The notes under the pieces were generated by a model that was not told the origin of the DNA, searched no databases, and worked only from the letters and a program-made list of their open reading frames with translations. The position numbers and the translations under genes are program-made. Of a stretch of 38,789 nt of DNA, positions 17,134-24,948 are shown piece after piece. The DNA is from an uncultured Alcaligenaceae bacterium (GTDB lineage Bacteria > Pseudomonadota > Gammaproteobacteria > Burkholderiales > JACQAP01), in contig CAYNFN010000467.1 in NCBI GenBank assembly GCA_964396485.1, positions 1 through 38,789 of the forward strand, written 5' to 3'. The first letter of the stretch is position 1, and the number at the start of each line of letters is the position of its first letter.

Positions 17134-19341
17134 ATGAAGCAAATCCTGCAGAACCTCAATACTGGCGTCACCGAAGTGGCCCAACTTCCATCGCCCCGCG
17201 CCGGCGCGGGGCAATTGTTGATTTACACCACCCGCACGCTGGTCTCGGTAGGCACCGAGCGCATGCTGGTCGAGTTCGGCAAGGCCAACTGGTTGGACAA
17301 GGCACGCCAGCAGCCGGACAAGGCGCGCATGGTGCTGGAGAAGGTGCGCACCGACGGATTGGCGGCCACGCTGGAGGCAGTGAAAAACAAGCTGGACCAA
17401 CCGCTGGCCTTGGGCTATTGCAACGTGGGAGTGGTGGCGGGGCTGGGGTCTGGGGTCGAAGGCTTTGCCGTTGGAGACCGCGTCGTTTCAAACGGCAAGC
17501 ACGCCGAGGTCGTGTGTGTGCCGAAGAACTTGTGCGCCCGCATTCCCGAGGCTGTGCTGGACGACCATGCCGCCTTCGCGGTGCTGGGTGCCATCGGCCT
17601 GCAAGGCATCCGGCTCGTCAACCCGACGCTTGGCGAGTGCGTGGTAGTGACGGGCCTGGGCCTGATCGGGCTGTTGACGGTCCAGATGCTGCGCGCCCAA
17701 GGTTGCCGGGTGCTCGGCATCGATTTCGATCCCGTGCGTCTCGCGTTGGCGCGCGAGTTCGGTGCTGACGTGGTGGATATGTCGAAAGGCGAAGACCCCA
17801 TCGTTGCGGCTGTCACTTTCTCGCGCGGCCGTGGCGTGGACGCGGTGATCATTACTGCCTCTACTAAAAGCAGCGAGCCGGTCAGTCAGGCGGCGAAGAT
17901 GTGCCGCAAGCGTGGCCGCATCGTTCTGGTGGGCGTGACCGGGCTGGAGTTGTCCCGCGCAGACTTTTACGAAAAAGAACTATCGTTCCAGGTGTCATGC
18001 TCGTTCGGTCCGGGCCGTTACGACCCGGCATATGAGGAAGGCGGGCAAGATTACCCGGTGGGTTTTGTGCGTTGGACCGAGCAACGCAATTTCGAGGCGT
18101 TGCTGGACATGGTGGCGGATAGGCGGCTGGACGTGCAGCTGCTGATCTCGCATCGGTTTCCATTGGCGCGTGCGGAAGAAGCTTATGCGCTACTGACCAG
18201 CGATGCGCCGTCGCTCGGCATCCTGCTGGAGTATCCGGCGATTGACGAGAAACCGGACGAGGTATTGCGCCAGCGGACTGTGAAGCTTTCCCCTCACCCC
18301 CCGCCCCTCTCCCGGGAGGAGAGGGGAGAGAAACAAGCGGTGGTGGCTTTCGTGGGCGCCGGAAATTACGCTGGCCGAGTGCTGATTCCGGCCTTCAAGG
18401 ATGCCGGTGCCGGCCTTCACACGATAGTAAGTGGCGGCGGCGTCAGTGCCGTGCATTACGGCCGCAAGTACGGGTTTGCACAGGCCTCCACCGATCCGGC
18501 GGCCATGCTGGCCGATCCGGCCATCCATGCTGTGGTGGTCGCCACGCGACACGACAGTCATGCTCGCTACGTAATTCACGCGCTGCGGGCGGGCAAGCAT
18601 GTGTTCTGCGAGAAGCCGCTGTGTTTGACGTTGGAGGAGTTGCGGGAGATTGAGAAAGAGTTTGCCCGCACCCCAACGCTCCCCCGCAGTGCGGGGGCGG
18701 GGGCGGAACTTATGCGCGCTGCGGGGGAGGGGGCTCCCCTTCTAATGGTCGGCTTCAACCGCCGCTTCGCACCGCAGGTGGTGCGGATGAAACAGTTGCT
18801 CGCAGGGTTGGGCGAACCCAAGGCTTTCGTGATGACAGTGAATGCCGGTGCCATTCCATTGAATCATTGGACCCAGGATCCGGTCGTGGGCGGCGGTCGC
18901 ATTGTCGGCGAGGCCTGTCATTTCATCGATCTATTGCGTCATCTGGCCGGCGCGTCCATCGACCGGCATTCTGAAGCGGCACTGGGGCGCCATCCCGGCA
19001 TGGCGGTGACCAGTGATAAGGCGACGATCACGCTGGAATTTGCAGACGGCTCGATCGGCACCATCCACTATCTCGCCAATGGGAACAGGAGTTTCCCCAA
19101 GGAGCGATTGGAAGTTTTTTGCGGGGGGCGGGTGCTTCAGCTCGATAACTTCCGCAAGCTGCGTGGATGGGGTTGGAAGGGTTTCTCGAAAATGAATCTC
19201 TGGCGGCAGGACAAGGGGCAAGCAGCGTGTGTGAAGGCCTTTGTCGAGGCGCTGCGCAACGGTGGCCCCGTGCCGATTCCGTTGGAAGAGATCCTCGAAG
19301 TCAGCCGGGTGAGCATCGAGGCGCAGCAGGCCTTGTCGTGA
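17134..19341 (+). CDS. two-domain oxidoreductase: N-terminal MDR (zinc-type alcohol dehydrogenase-like) plus C-terminal Gfo/Idh/MocA domain
   Basis: ATG 17134 lies 1 nt after the wecB stop. The track start at 17020 overlaps wecB. The N-terminal half has GDRVVSNGKHAEVV and the Rossmann VVVTGLGLIGLL. The C-terminal half has VAFVGAGNYAGRVLIPAF, HVFCEKPLCL and MVGFNRRFAP. Two GC-rich palindromic segments lie in frame and are listed as separate features. Confidence 0.75.
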   Translation: MKQILQNLNTGVTEVAQLPSPRAGAGQLLIYTTRTLVSVGTERMLVEFGKANWLDKARQQPDKARMVLEKVRTDGLAATLEAVKNKLDQPLALGYCNVGVVAGLGSGVEGFAVGDRVVSNGKHAEVVCVPKNLCARIPEAVLDDHAAFAVLGAIGLQGIRLVNPTLGECVVVTGLGLIGLLTVQMLRAQGCRVLGIDFDPVRLALAREFGADVVDMSKGEDPIVAAVTFSRGRGVDAVIITASTKSSEPVSQAAKMCRKRGRIVLVGVTGLELSRADFYEKELSFQVSCSFGPGRYDPAYEEGGQDYPVGFVRWTEQRNFEALLDMVADRRLDVQLLISHRFPLARAEEAYALLTSDAPSLGILLEYPAIDEKPDEVLRQRTVKLSPHPPPLSREERGEKQAVVAFVGAGNYAGRVLIPAFKDAGAGLHTIVSGGGVSAVHYGRKYGFAQASTDPAAMLADPAIHAVVVATRHDSHARYVIHALRAGKHVFCEKPLCLTLEELREIEKEFARTPTLPRSAGAGAELMRAAGEGAPLLMVGFNRRFAPQVVRMKQLLAGLGEPKAFVMTVNAGAIPLNHWTQDPVVGGGRIVGEACHFIDLLRHLAGASIDRHSEAALGRHPGMAVTSDKATITLEFADGSIGTIHYLANGNRSFPKERLEVFCGGRVLQLDNFRKLRGWGWKGFSKMNLWRQDKGQAACVKAFVEALRNGGPVPIPLEEILEVSRVSIEAQQALS
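18304..18326. repeat. GC-rich palindrome (9-bp stem CCCCTCTCC/GGAGAGGGG, 5-nt loop) lying in frame in the interdomain linker of the oxidoreductase
   Basis: Read directly: cccctctcc-cggga-ggagagggg. It encodes part of SPHPPPLSREERGEK, between the MDR and Gfo/Idh/MocA halves. Confidence 0.7.
18679..18739. repeat. nested GC-rich palindromes lying in frame inside the Gfo/Idh/MocA domain
   Basis: cccccgca-g-tgcggggg lies at 18681-18697. ctcccccgcag (18679-18689) pairs with ctgcgggggag (18719-18729). ggggag (18724-18729) pairs with ctcccc (18734-18739). The segment encodes PTLPRSAGAGAELMRAAGEGAP just before the conserved MVGFNRRF. Confidence 0.65.
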
Positions 19342-19349
19342 GCATTAAG

Positions 19350-20984
19350 ATGTTGCGCCTCTGGCACACCGTGCGCTGGTTGCGCCCGGTGCAGGTGTGG
19401 GGGCGTTTGTGGTTCCGGTTGTACTGTCCTCGTCCCGACCTTCGGCCGGCGCCGTCGCTGCGGAAAGCGAAGGCCGGATGGCAGTCATGCGTCCGCACGG
19501 TTTCCATGACGGGACCGGCGCGTTTCCGTTTCCTGAATGTCGAGCGCGAGCTTGTTTCAGCAGCGGACTGGAACCGGCCCGACTGGTCCAAGCTTTGGCT
19601 GTACAAACTCCATTACTTTGACGATCTGGTCGCAGACGGTGCCGTGCATCGTACTGCGTGGCACCGTGCACTGGTCGATCGCTGGATTGCTGAGAATCCA
19701 CCCGGGGCAGGCAATGGCTGGGAGCCCTATCCGGTCTCGCTGCGGCTGGTGAACTGGATCAAGTGGGCATTATGTGGAAATGCGTTGAACGCGAAAGTGC
19801 ATCAGAGCATGGCGGTTCAGACTCGCTGGCTGTGCCAACGGCTGGAGACCCATCTGCTCGGCAATCATCTTTGGGCCAACGCCAAGGCGCTGATTTTCGC
19901 AGGTACTCATTTCGCGAATACGGAAGCCGATTCGTGGCGGGCCAAGGGGCTGTCTGTTCTGCGGCGTGAACTGCACGAACAAATTCTGCACGACGGCGGG
20001 CACTTCGAGCGCAGCCCCATCTACCACGCCATTCTGCTGGAAGATCTGCTGGACCTGCTCCAACTGGCAACAAAGTCTCCCGACTTGTTTGCCACGTCCG
20101 ATATGACGGCATGGCGCAGCGCCGTTACCCGTATGCTGCGCTGGATGAAGGTAATGACGCATCCGGATGGCGGCATTGCATTCTTCAACGATGCGGCCTT
20201 CGGCATCGCGCCGCCGTATGCGCAGTTGCGTGAATACGCGCATGCCCTCGGGGTCGAGTCGCCGTCGGACGAATACAAAGCCATCGAGGTGCTGCCGGAT
20301 ACAGGATACTTCAGGCTGCAGGCGGGGTCCGCGGTTCTGATCGCGGACGTCGGCGCGATTGGTCCAGACTATCTGCCTGGACATGCCCACGCCGATACCC
20401 TCAGCTTCGAGCTATCCTGGAATGGAAAACGATTGCTCACGAACTCGGGGACATCGACTTACGAAGCGGGTGCGGAGCGCAATTGGGAGCGCGCCACGCC
20501 GGCGCACAATACGCTGACGGTGGACGAAGCCGATTCTTCCGAAGTCTGGAGTGCTTTCCGAGTCGCACGCAGGGCAAGACCTTTTGACGTCCGCACCTTC
20601 GAAGAGAGTAAAAACCTGGTGTTGGAAGGAAGTCACGACGGATACCGGAGATTGCCCGGTCAGCCGATACATCGACGTCGGATCGAACTGGGGCATTCAG
20701 AATTGCTCATTCATGATTGGGTTACCGGCGCGGGTAAGCACCGTGTTGCCGGTTATCTGCACGTGCATCCGGACGCAAAAATCGAACAGGTTTCGGAGGC
20801 TTCTGTTTATCTTCAGTGCCCGGGTGTGAAGTTGAAACTTTCCCGCAACGACGGACCATTGGCGATTGAGCAAGGATACTTTTGCCCCGAATTCGGCAAG
20901 CGTGTGCCAAGGCCGGTGGTCGTCTGGCGACGATCCGGCCAACTGCCCTTAAGTTGTGAGGTAAGAATTTCTGAGCTCAGCTGA
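19350..20984 (+). CDS. heparinase II/III-like family protein
   Basis: The C-terminal half has PDYLPGHAHADTLSFELSWNGKRLLTNSGTSTYE and HNTLTVDE, as in the Hepar_II_III domain. It follows the two-domain oxidoreductase, an arrangement I recognise from LPS/capsule loci. The start is ATG 19350, or GTG 19338 overlapping the upstream stop. Confidence 0.65.
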   Translation: MLRLWHTVRWLRPVQVWGRLWFRLYCPRPDLRPAPSLRKAKAGWQSCVRTVSMTGPARFRFLNVERELVSAADWNRPDWSKLWLYKLHYFDDLVADGAVHRTAWHRALVDRWIAENPPGAGNGWEPYPVSLRLVNWIKWALCGNALNAKVHQSMAVQTRWLCQRLETHLLGNHLWANAKALIFAGTHFANTEADSWRAKGLSVLRRELHEQILHDGGHFERSPIYHAILLEDLLDLLQLATKSPDLFATSDMTAWRSAVTRMLRWMKVMTHPDGGIAFFNDAAFGIAPPYAQLREYAHALGVESPSDEYKAIEVLPDTGYFRLQAGSAVLIADVGAIGPDYLPGHAHADTLSFELSWNGKRLLTNSGTSTYEAGAERNWERATPAHNTLTVDEADSSEVWSAFRVARRARPFDVRTFEESKNLVLEGSHDGYRRLPGQPIHRRRIELGHSELLIHDWVTGAGKHRVAGYLHVHPDAKIEQVSEASVYLQCPGVKLKLSRNDGPLAIEQGYFCPEFGKRVPRPVVVWRRSGQLPLSCEVRISELS

Positions 20985-20995
20985 CCTGTACTTGC

Positions 20996-22243
20996 ATGCA
21001 CATCCTGTTCCTTACCGACAATTTCCCCCCGGAAACCAATGCGCCGGCCTCGCGCACGCACGAGCATGCGAAGCGCTGGGTGGCGGCCGGGAATCAGGTT
21101 ACGGTGGTGACGGGTATACCAAATTTTCCGAGTGGCAAGATTCACGCGGGTTACCGTAATCGGCCCTGGCAGCGCGAGACGATGGACGGTATTCAAGTGG
21201 TGCGGGTGTGGACCTATATCACGGCGAACGAAGGATTCCTGAAACGCACGCTCGACTACATGAGCTTCATGGTGGCCGCAATTGTCGCCAGCCCATTTCT
21301 ACCCCGTCCGGATGTCATCGTGGCGACCTCGCCGCAATTCTTTACGCCCTGCGCGGCGTGGGTGGTGTCGCTGCTTCGGCGGCGCCCATTCGTGTTCGAG
21401 TTGCGCGACCTCTGGCCGGATTCGATCGTGGCCGTGGGCGCAATGCGTGAAACCAGGGTGATCGGCTGGATGCGCAAGCTGGAGTATTTTCTGTATCGTC
21501 GGGCGGCGCGAATCGTGAGCGTAACCCAGTCGTTCAAGCGCGTGCTGACTGCCAACGGCGTCGATGCAGACAAGATCGCCGTTGTGCCGAACGGCGTGGA
21601 CCTCGATATCTATCTACCTGGGCCCAGGCCGGAGGAGCTGGTGCGCCGGCTACGCCTCGAGGGCAAGTTCGTCGCCGCTTACGTGGGGACCGTTGGCATG
21701 GCGCACGGAATCAATACGCTTCTCGATGCGGCCAGGACGCTGCAGGGGCGGGCGGATATCGTGTTCGTGGTGGTCGGCACCGGCGCCGAACATGCGGCCT
21801 TGGCCGAGCAATCCCGACGCGACGGGATGCGCAACGTGATTTTCGTCGGGGCGGTAAGCAAGGCCGAGGTGCGGGACTATTGGCGTTTGTGCGATGTCGC
21901 GGTGGTGCTGTTGCGGGATGCGCCGTTGTTCCGGCATGTGATTCCGTCGAAGATTTTCGAGGCGATGGGAATGGAGCGGGCAATCATTCTGGGCATCAAG
22001 GGCGAAAGCGAGGAGATTCTGCTGGAGTCGGGTGCGGGGATCACGATACCGCCGGAGGATGCCACAGCGTTGGCGCATTCGGTGGTGGAATTGGCGGATG
22101 ATCGCGAACGTTGTATCGCGCTCGGCTTGAAGGGCCGGCGTTACGCTTCGGAAAATTTCAGCCGTGAGACTCTGGCGAAAAGAATGCTGGCGGAGCTAGA
22201 ACGGGTAAGAAATACTGGATCGATTCACGACAATGAGCATTGA
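20996..22243 (+). CDS. family 4 glycosyltransferase, WbuB/WcaI-like
   Basis: The N-terminus is MHILFLTDNFPPETNAPASRTHEHAKRWVAAGNQVTVVTGIPNFPSGK, the characteristic WcaI/WbuB N-terminus. The C-terminal block is VIPSKIFEAMGMERAIILG. Confidence 0.8.
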   Translation: MHILFLTDNFPPETNAPASRTHEHAKRWVAAGNQVTVVTGIPNFPSGKIHAGYRNRPWQRETMDGIQVVRVWTYITANEGFLKRTLDYMSFMVAAIVASPFLPRPDVIVATSPQFFTPCAAWVVSLLRRRPFVFELRDLWPDSIVAVGAMRETRVIGWMRKLEYFLYRRAARIVSVTQSFKRVLTANGVDADKIAVVPNGVDLDIYLPGPRPEELVRRLRLEGKFVAAYVGTVGMAHGINTLLDAARTLQGRADIVFVVVGTGAEHAALAEQSRRDGMRNVIFVGAVSKAEVRDYWRLCDVAVVLLRDAPLFRHVIPSKIFEAMGMERAIILGIKGESEEILLESGAGITIPPEDATALAHSVVELADDRERCIALGLKGRRYASENFSRETLAKRMLAELERVRNTGSIHDNEH

Positions 22244-22267
22244 CGCTGAACGCGTCACGCTCGATAA

Positions 22268-22507
22268 GAGCAGGGCCGAGGACTGAGGACTGAGTAAGGG
22301 CGAGTGCCCGGTGCTCAGTGCGCAGTGCGAGAAGAGAAGGGCCGAGGACGGAGGGCCGAGGACTGAGGACTGAGTAAAGGCGAGTGCTGAGTGCGAGAAC
22401 GGCAGGGCCGAGTAAGGGCAAGGACGCAGGACTCAGGGAACGACGAGTGCTGCGTACGGCGGCAGGGCAGGTTAAAGGGCAAAGGTGAAAGGGGAAAGTA
22501 GGGGTGC
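22268..22507. repeat. heptanucleotide-register degenerate tandem repeat block R1
   Basis: Cutting the region into 7-mers gives gggccga ggactga ggactga gtaaggg cgagtgc ccggtgc tcagtgc gcagtgc ... cgaggac ggagggc cgaggac tgaggac ... aggttaa agggcaa aggtgaa aggggaa. One phase is kept over about 240 bp. The + strand is purine-rich. Confidence 0.85.
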
Positions 22508-22616
22508 GGATTGGCGGTCGGCGAAGTTTGCCTGTTCCAAAGCCGGTTAGAGGCGGAGCGTACTTTTCGGTGCTTTTTTTGTAGAATGTCCCAAGGTCCG
22601 AAAGCGGGGGAATGAC

Positions 22617-22874
22617 ATGTCACACACTGCGAGTCTTTCCAAGTCTGATTTGCGTCGTCTTGAGTGTCTTGCCGAAGATGCGGGCACTACACCGCAAAAG
22701 ATCCTGAAGACCGTACTTCGGGATGGATTCGAATACACAGAATGGTTCGTGCGCCGGGTCGACGAAGGCGACGCCGACTTCAAAGCCGGTCGGATAATGA
22801 GTACCGAAGAAGTGCTTTCCGTCATCGAAAAGCAACGGGCTTCGCGTGGCCGAAAGTCCTCCGCGGCCGCTTGA
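22617..22874 (+). CDS. putative type II antitoxin (ParD/RHH-like) paired with the downstream ParE/RelE toxin
   Basis: 85-aa ORF overlapping the toxin gene by 29 nt. It has a GGGGGA Shine-Dalgarno sequence 6 nt upstream and a TAGAAT -10-like hexamer at 22582-22587. The family assignment rests on genetic context and size, not on a motif I can name. Confidence 0.5.
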   Translation: MSHTASLSKSDLRRLECLAEDAGTTPQKILKTVLRDGFEYTEWFVRRVDEGDADFKAGRIMSTEEVLSVIEKQRASRGRKSSAAA

Positions 22875-23151
22875 GTGGTCGGCCCATGCCAGTGCGGATC
22901 TTGCGGCTATCGACACGTGGTATGCGCAATTTGGTGAATCGACTGCTGAACGTGTGATTTCGAGTATTTTGGCGGCTGCCCAGATCCTTCGTGATCATCC
23001 CTTTCTTGGCCCCGAGGGCATAAAGCCAGGCACGCGGCATAAAGTCGTTGGCGAGTATCCCTACACCATCGTTTTCCGGATTACGCGGTCAAAGATTCGT
23101 GTGATACGTGTGCTGCACCAGCGGCGCGTGTACTTTCAGCGAACACGATGA
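22846..23151 (+). CDS. type II toxin, RelE/ParE superfamily
   Basis: LEWSAHASADLAAIDTWYAQF...AERVISSILAAAQILRDHPFLGPEG...GTRHKVVGEYPYTIVFRITRSKIRVIRVLHQRR is the typical ParE/RelE layout (W...A..DL..I..Y, P..G, Y.I.Y......I.I..V.H.RR). The start is GTG. Confidence 0.7.
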   Translation: MAESPPRPLEWSAHASADLAAIDTWYAQFGESTAERVISSILAAAQILRDHPFLGPEGIKPGTRHKVVGEYPYTIVFRITRSKIRVIRVLHQRRVYFQRTR

Positions 23152-23160
23152 CTTAGAACA

Positions 23161-23375
23161 GGAAGCTAAGACGAAAGCAAGGATGAAGGTCGGCAAGGAA
23201 CCGGCGCTCGGTGCGAGAACGGCAGGGCCGAGGACTGAGGACTGAGTAAAGGCGAGTGCCCGGTGCTCAGTACTCTGAGATGCCGTGACGGCGTGACGGT
23301 CGTGACGACGTGACGACGCATCGCCTTCGGCGGAAGGAGCAGAGCCACCTTCGGTGGTGTACTCAGTGCTCAGCG
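23161..23375. repeat. degenerate short tandem repeat block R2
   Basis: It contains gggccga ggactga ggactga gtaaagg cgagtgc ccggtgc tcagtac, and also a cgtgacg-type run (gccgtgacggcgtgacggtcgtgacgacgtgacgacg) whose period wanders between 7 and 9. It has the same word set and the same strand polarity as R1. Confidence 0.75.
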
Positions 23376-23381
23376 GACGAA

Positions 23382-23675
23382 TTACGCTGCCTGCAACAGG
23401 AACTCAACCTTTATTGCCTCGAATGGAAAGACAATACCCCCGCCTTCAGCCCGATCCAGTACGCCGGCTTTGAGCAAAGCCGTCACATCGGTGTGCACTG
23501 CTTTGACGTCACGGTCGACTCGCCGGGCTGCTTCACGGATGGACACCGGCCCCGCCCCGCACAACGCCTTAAGCAACTCCCATCGCTTGACGGTCAGAAC
23601 CTGCCAGAGCAACTCCGGGATCGTGAAGAGGGCCGGTCCGGCACAGATCACGATGCAGCGATTATCTGATTGCAA
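23382..23675 (-). CDS. small winged-HTH DNA-binding protein (MarR-like antitoxin/regulator family), possibly N-terminally truncated
   Basis: LLWQVLTVKRWELLKALCGAGPVSIREAARRVDRDVKAVHTDVTALLKAGVLDRAEGGGIVFPFEAIKVEF resembles the C-terminal two thirds of the roughly 100-120-aa HTH proteins found next to toxin genes. It overlaps the VapC stop by 14 nt, so the true start is uncertain. Confidence 0.4.
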   Translation of the reverse strand: MQSDNRCIVICAGPALFTIPELLWQVLTVKRWELLKALCGAGPVSIREAARRVDRDVKAVHTDVTALLKAGVLDRAEGGGIVFPFEAIKVEFLLQAA

Positions 23676-24093
23676 ATCGTTTCACACCCGCCTTATTGGC
23701 GGCTTTCTGTAAATCTTCATCGAGTGTCGCCAGCGGCAACCCCTCCCGCATAGCAAGCTCCAGATACGAAGCATCGTAGGCTGAGAGTCGGTAGCGGCGT
23801 GCGATCTGAAGCGTATCCGAAAGCGCCTTGGAAAATGTTGCTGAGTCCGCCCCGATGTCCACGACCCCCAGCATTTCGAGGAAGGCTTCGCTTTGCGCCT
23901 CCCTCACCAAACCCTTCACCTCCGCATTGGCAATAACGTTGGATACTTCAAGCCCCCACGTCACCGGCACTAGCGCGCTCGTCTCCGCCTGCTTCATGGT
24001 ATCCAACACTTTTAGTGCATAGGCGCGGTCAGCCGGTTTGCCGTCGAGGAAGAGCCAGCACATCGTCACCGAGGCGTCGAGCACGAAGTTCAC
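23662..24093 (-). CDS. vapC: PIN-domain ribonuclease toxin
   Basis: The four acidic PIN positions are visible: FVLDASV, WGLEVSN, SAYDASYLELA and ATLDEDL. The GTG start overlaps the antitoxin stop (GTGA). Confidence 0.8.
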   Translation of the reverse strand: MNFVLDASVTMCWLFLDGKPADRAYALKVLDTMKQAETSALVPVTWGLEVSNVIANAEVKGLVREAQSEAFLEMLGVVDIGADSATFSKALSDTLQIARRYRLSAYDASYLELAMREGLPLATLDEDLQKAANKAGVKRFAIR

Positions 24094-24335
24094 GCGCGGC
24101 CTTCTTCGATGAGTTCTTTGATGTTTACGCCGCCGCGCACCGGGTTGTTTCGCATGAACGCTTTGAACTTTTCAACCGCAGCGGACTTGTTTTTCGGTTT
24201 CACGCTTTCGCTTGGAACGAGGTCAGCCATCGCCTCGCCGCGATTGGTGATCGTAAACCGCTTGCCCGCCTTTACTTGCCGCAGCAGCTCGGGCAGTTTG
24301 GTCTTGGCCTCGTAGGCGCCGATTTCGATTTTCAT
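24090..24335 (-). CDS. Phd/YefM-family type II antitoxin
   Basis: MKIEIGAYEAKTKLPELLRQVKAGKRFTITNRGEAMADLVP is the canonical Phd/YefM N-terminal fold signature. It lies directly upstream of vapC and is coupled to it. Confidence 0.8.
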   Translation of the reverse strand: MKIEIGAYEAKTKLPELLRQVKAGKRFTITNRGEAMADLVPSESVKPKNKSAAVEKFKAFMRNNPVRGGVNIKELIEEGRA

Positions 24336-24357
24336 GCGGATTGACGCCTGAATATGT

Positions 24358-24381
24358 CAGACTAGTATATAGACCAGTCTG
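24358..24381. promoter_or_regulatory. inverted repeat around a TATATA box; candidate operator/promoter of the phd-vapC operon
   Basis: The sequence reads cagactagt-atata-gaccagtctg, with arms matching 8 of 9 positions. It lies 23-46 nt upstream of the antitoxin start codon at 24335 (minus strand). An outer tgtca/tgaca pair lies at 24355-24359 and 24387-24391. Confidence 0.4.
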
Positions 24382-24687
24382 AGATGTGACAAACACAAAT
24401 AGAGCCATAAGATAGGCCACCCAAAAAAGCAGCCCCAAGACCCTCAACCACGAGCTGCTGTTCCGGGCGGGCTATGCCAGGGTTATGAATACCGTCGCGC
24501 CATCCGGGTGATTCGCCTGTGCTGGGGGCCGACTCAACCCGCGTCCGGGGGACGCGGCTAGAAGCCGCTCTGTGCGCTTCGGTCAATCCGTTAAAACGTT
24601 CATCCCGAGCGACCTGGCGCTCTCGATCATCCAGTCGTCGAGGCAGAGAATGCCCTGTGCGCTCCGGCTTGCGGCGATGACAAGGTA

Positions 24688-24876
24688 GGGTCGAGGTTCG
24701 AGGGCCGAGGACTGAGGACTGAGTAAAGGCGAGTGCTCGGTGCGAGAAGGGAAGGGCCAAGGTTCGAGGGCTGAGGACTGAGGACGGAGGGCCGAGAAAA
24801 GGCGAGAGGAAAGAGGAAAGTAAGGACCAAACTGCAGGACTCGGGACTCAAAAGATCGGTGACGAGTGACTGATGG
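24688..24876. repeat. heptanucleotide-register degenerate tandem repeat block R3
   Basis: gggtcga ggttcga gggccga ggactga ggactga gtaaagg cgagtgc tcggtgc ... tgaggac tgaggac ggagggc cgagaaa aggcgag aggaaag aggaaag taaggac ... tcggtga cgagtga ctgatgg. A single 7-nt phase holds throughout. Confidence 0.85.
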
Positions 24877-24948
24877 CAGGTGCTGAGAAACGGTCACCGC
24901 TGGAGGGGGGTGGTGGTAAATCCTCCACTGAATGGATAAAATTCATCC

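Noticed and set aside
23344-23358. Short hairpins (ccacc-ttc-ggtgg at 23345-23357; cgcgtcc-ggg-ggacgcg near 24541-24557) as rho-independent terminators
   Set aside because: Neither is followed by a T/U tract on either strand. The stems are short and lie within or next to repeat-rich DNA.
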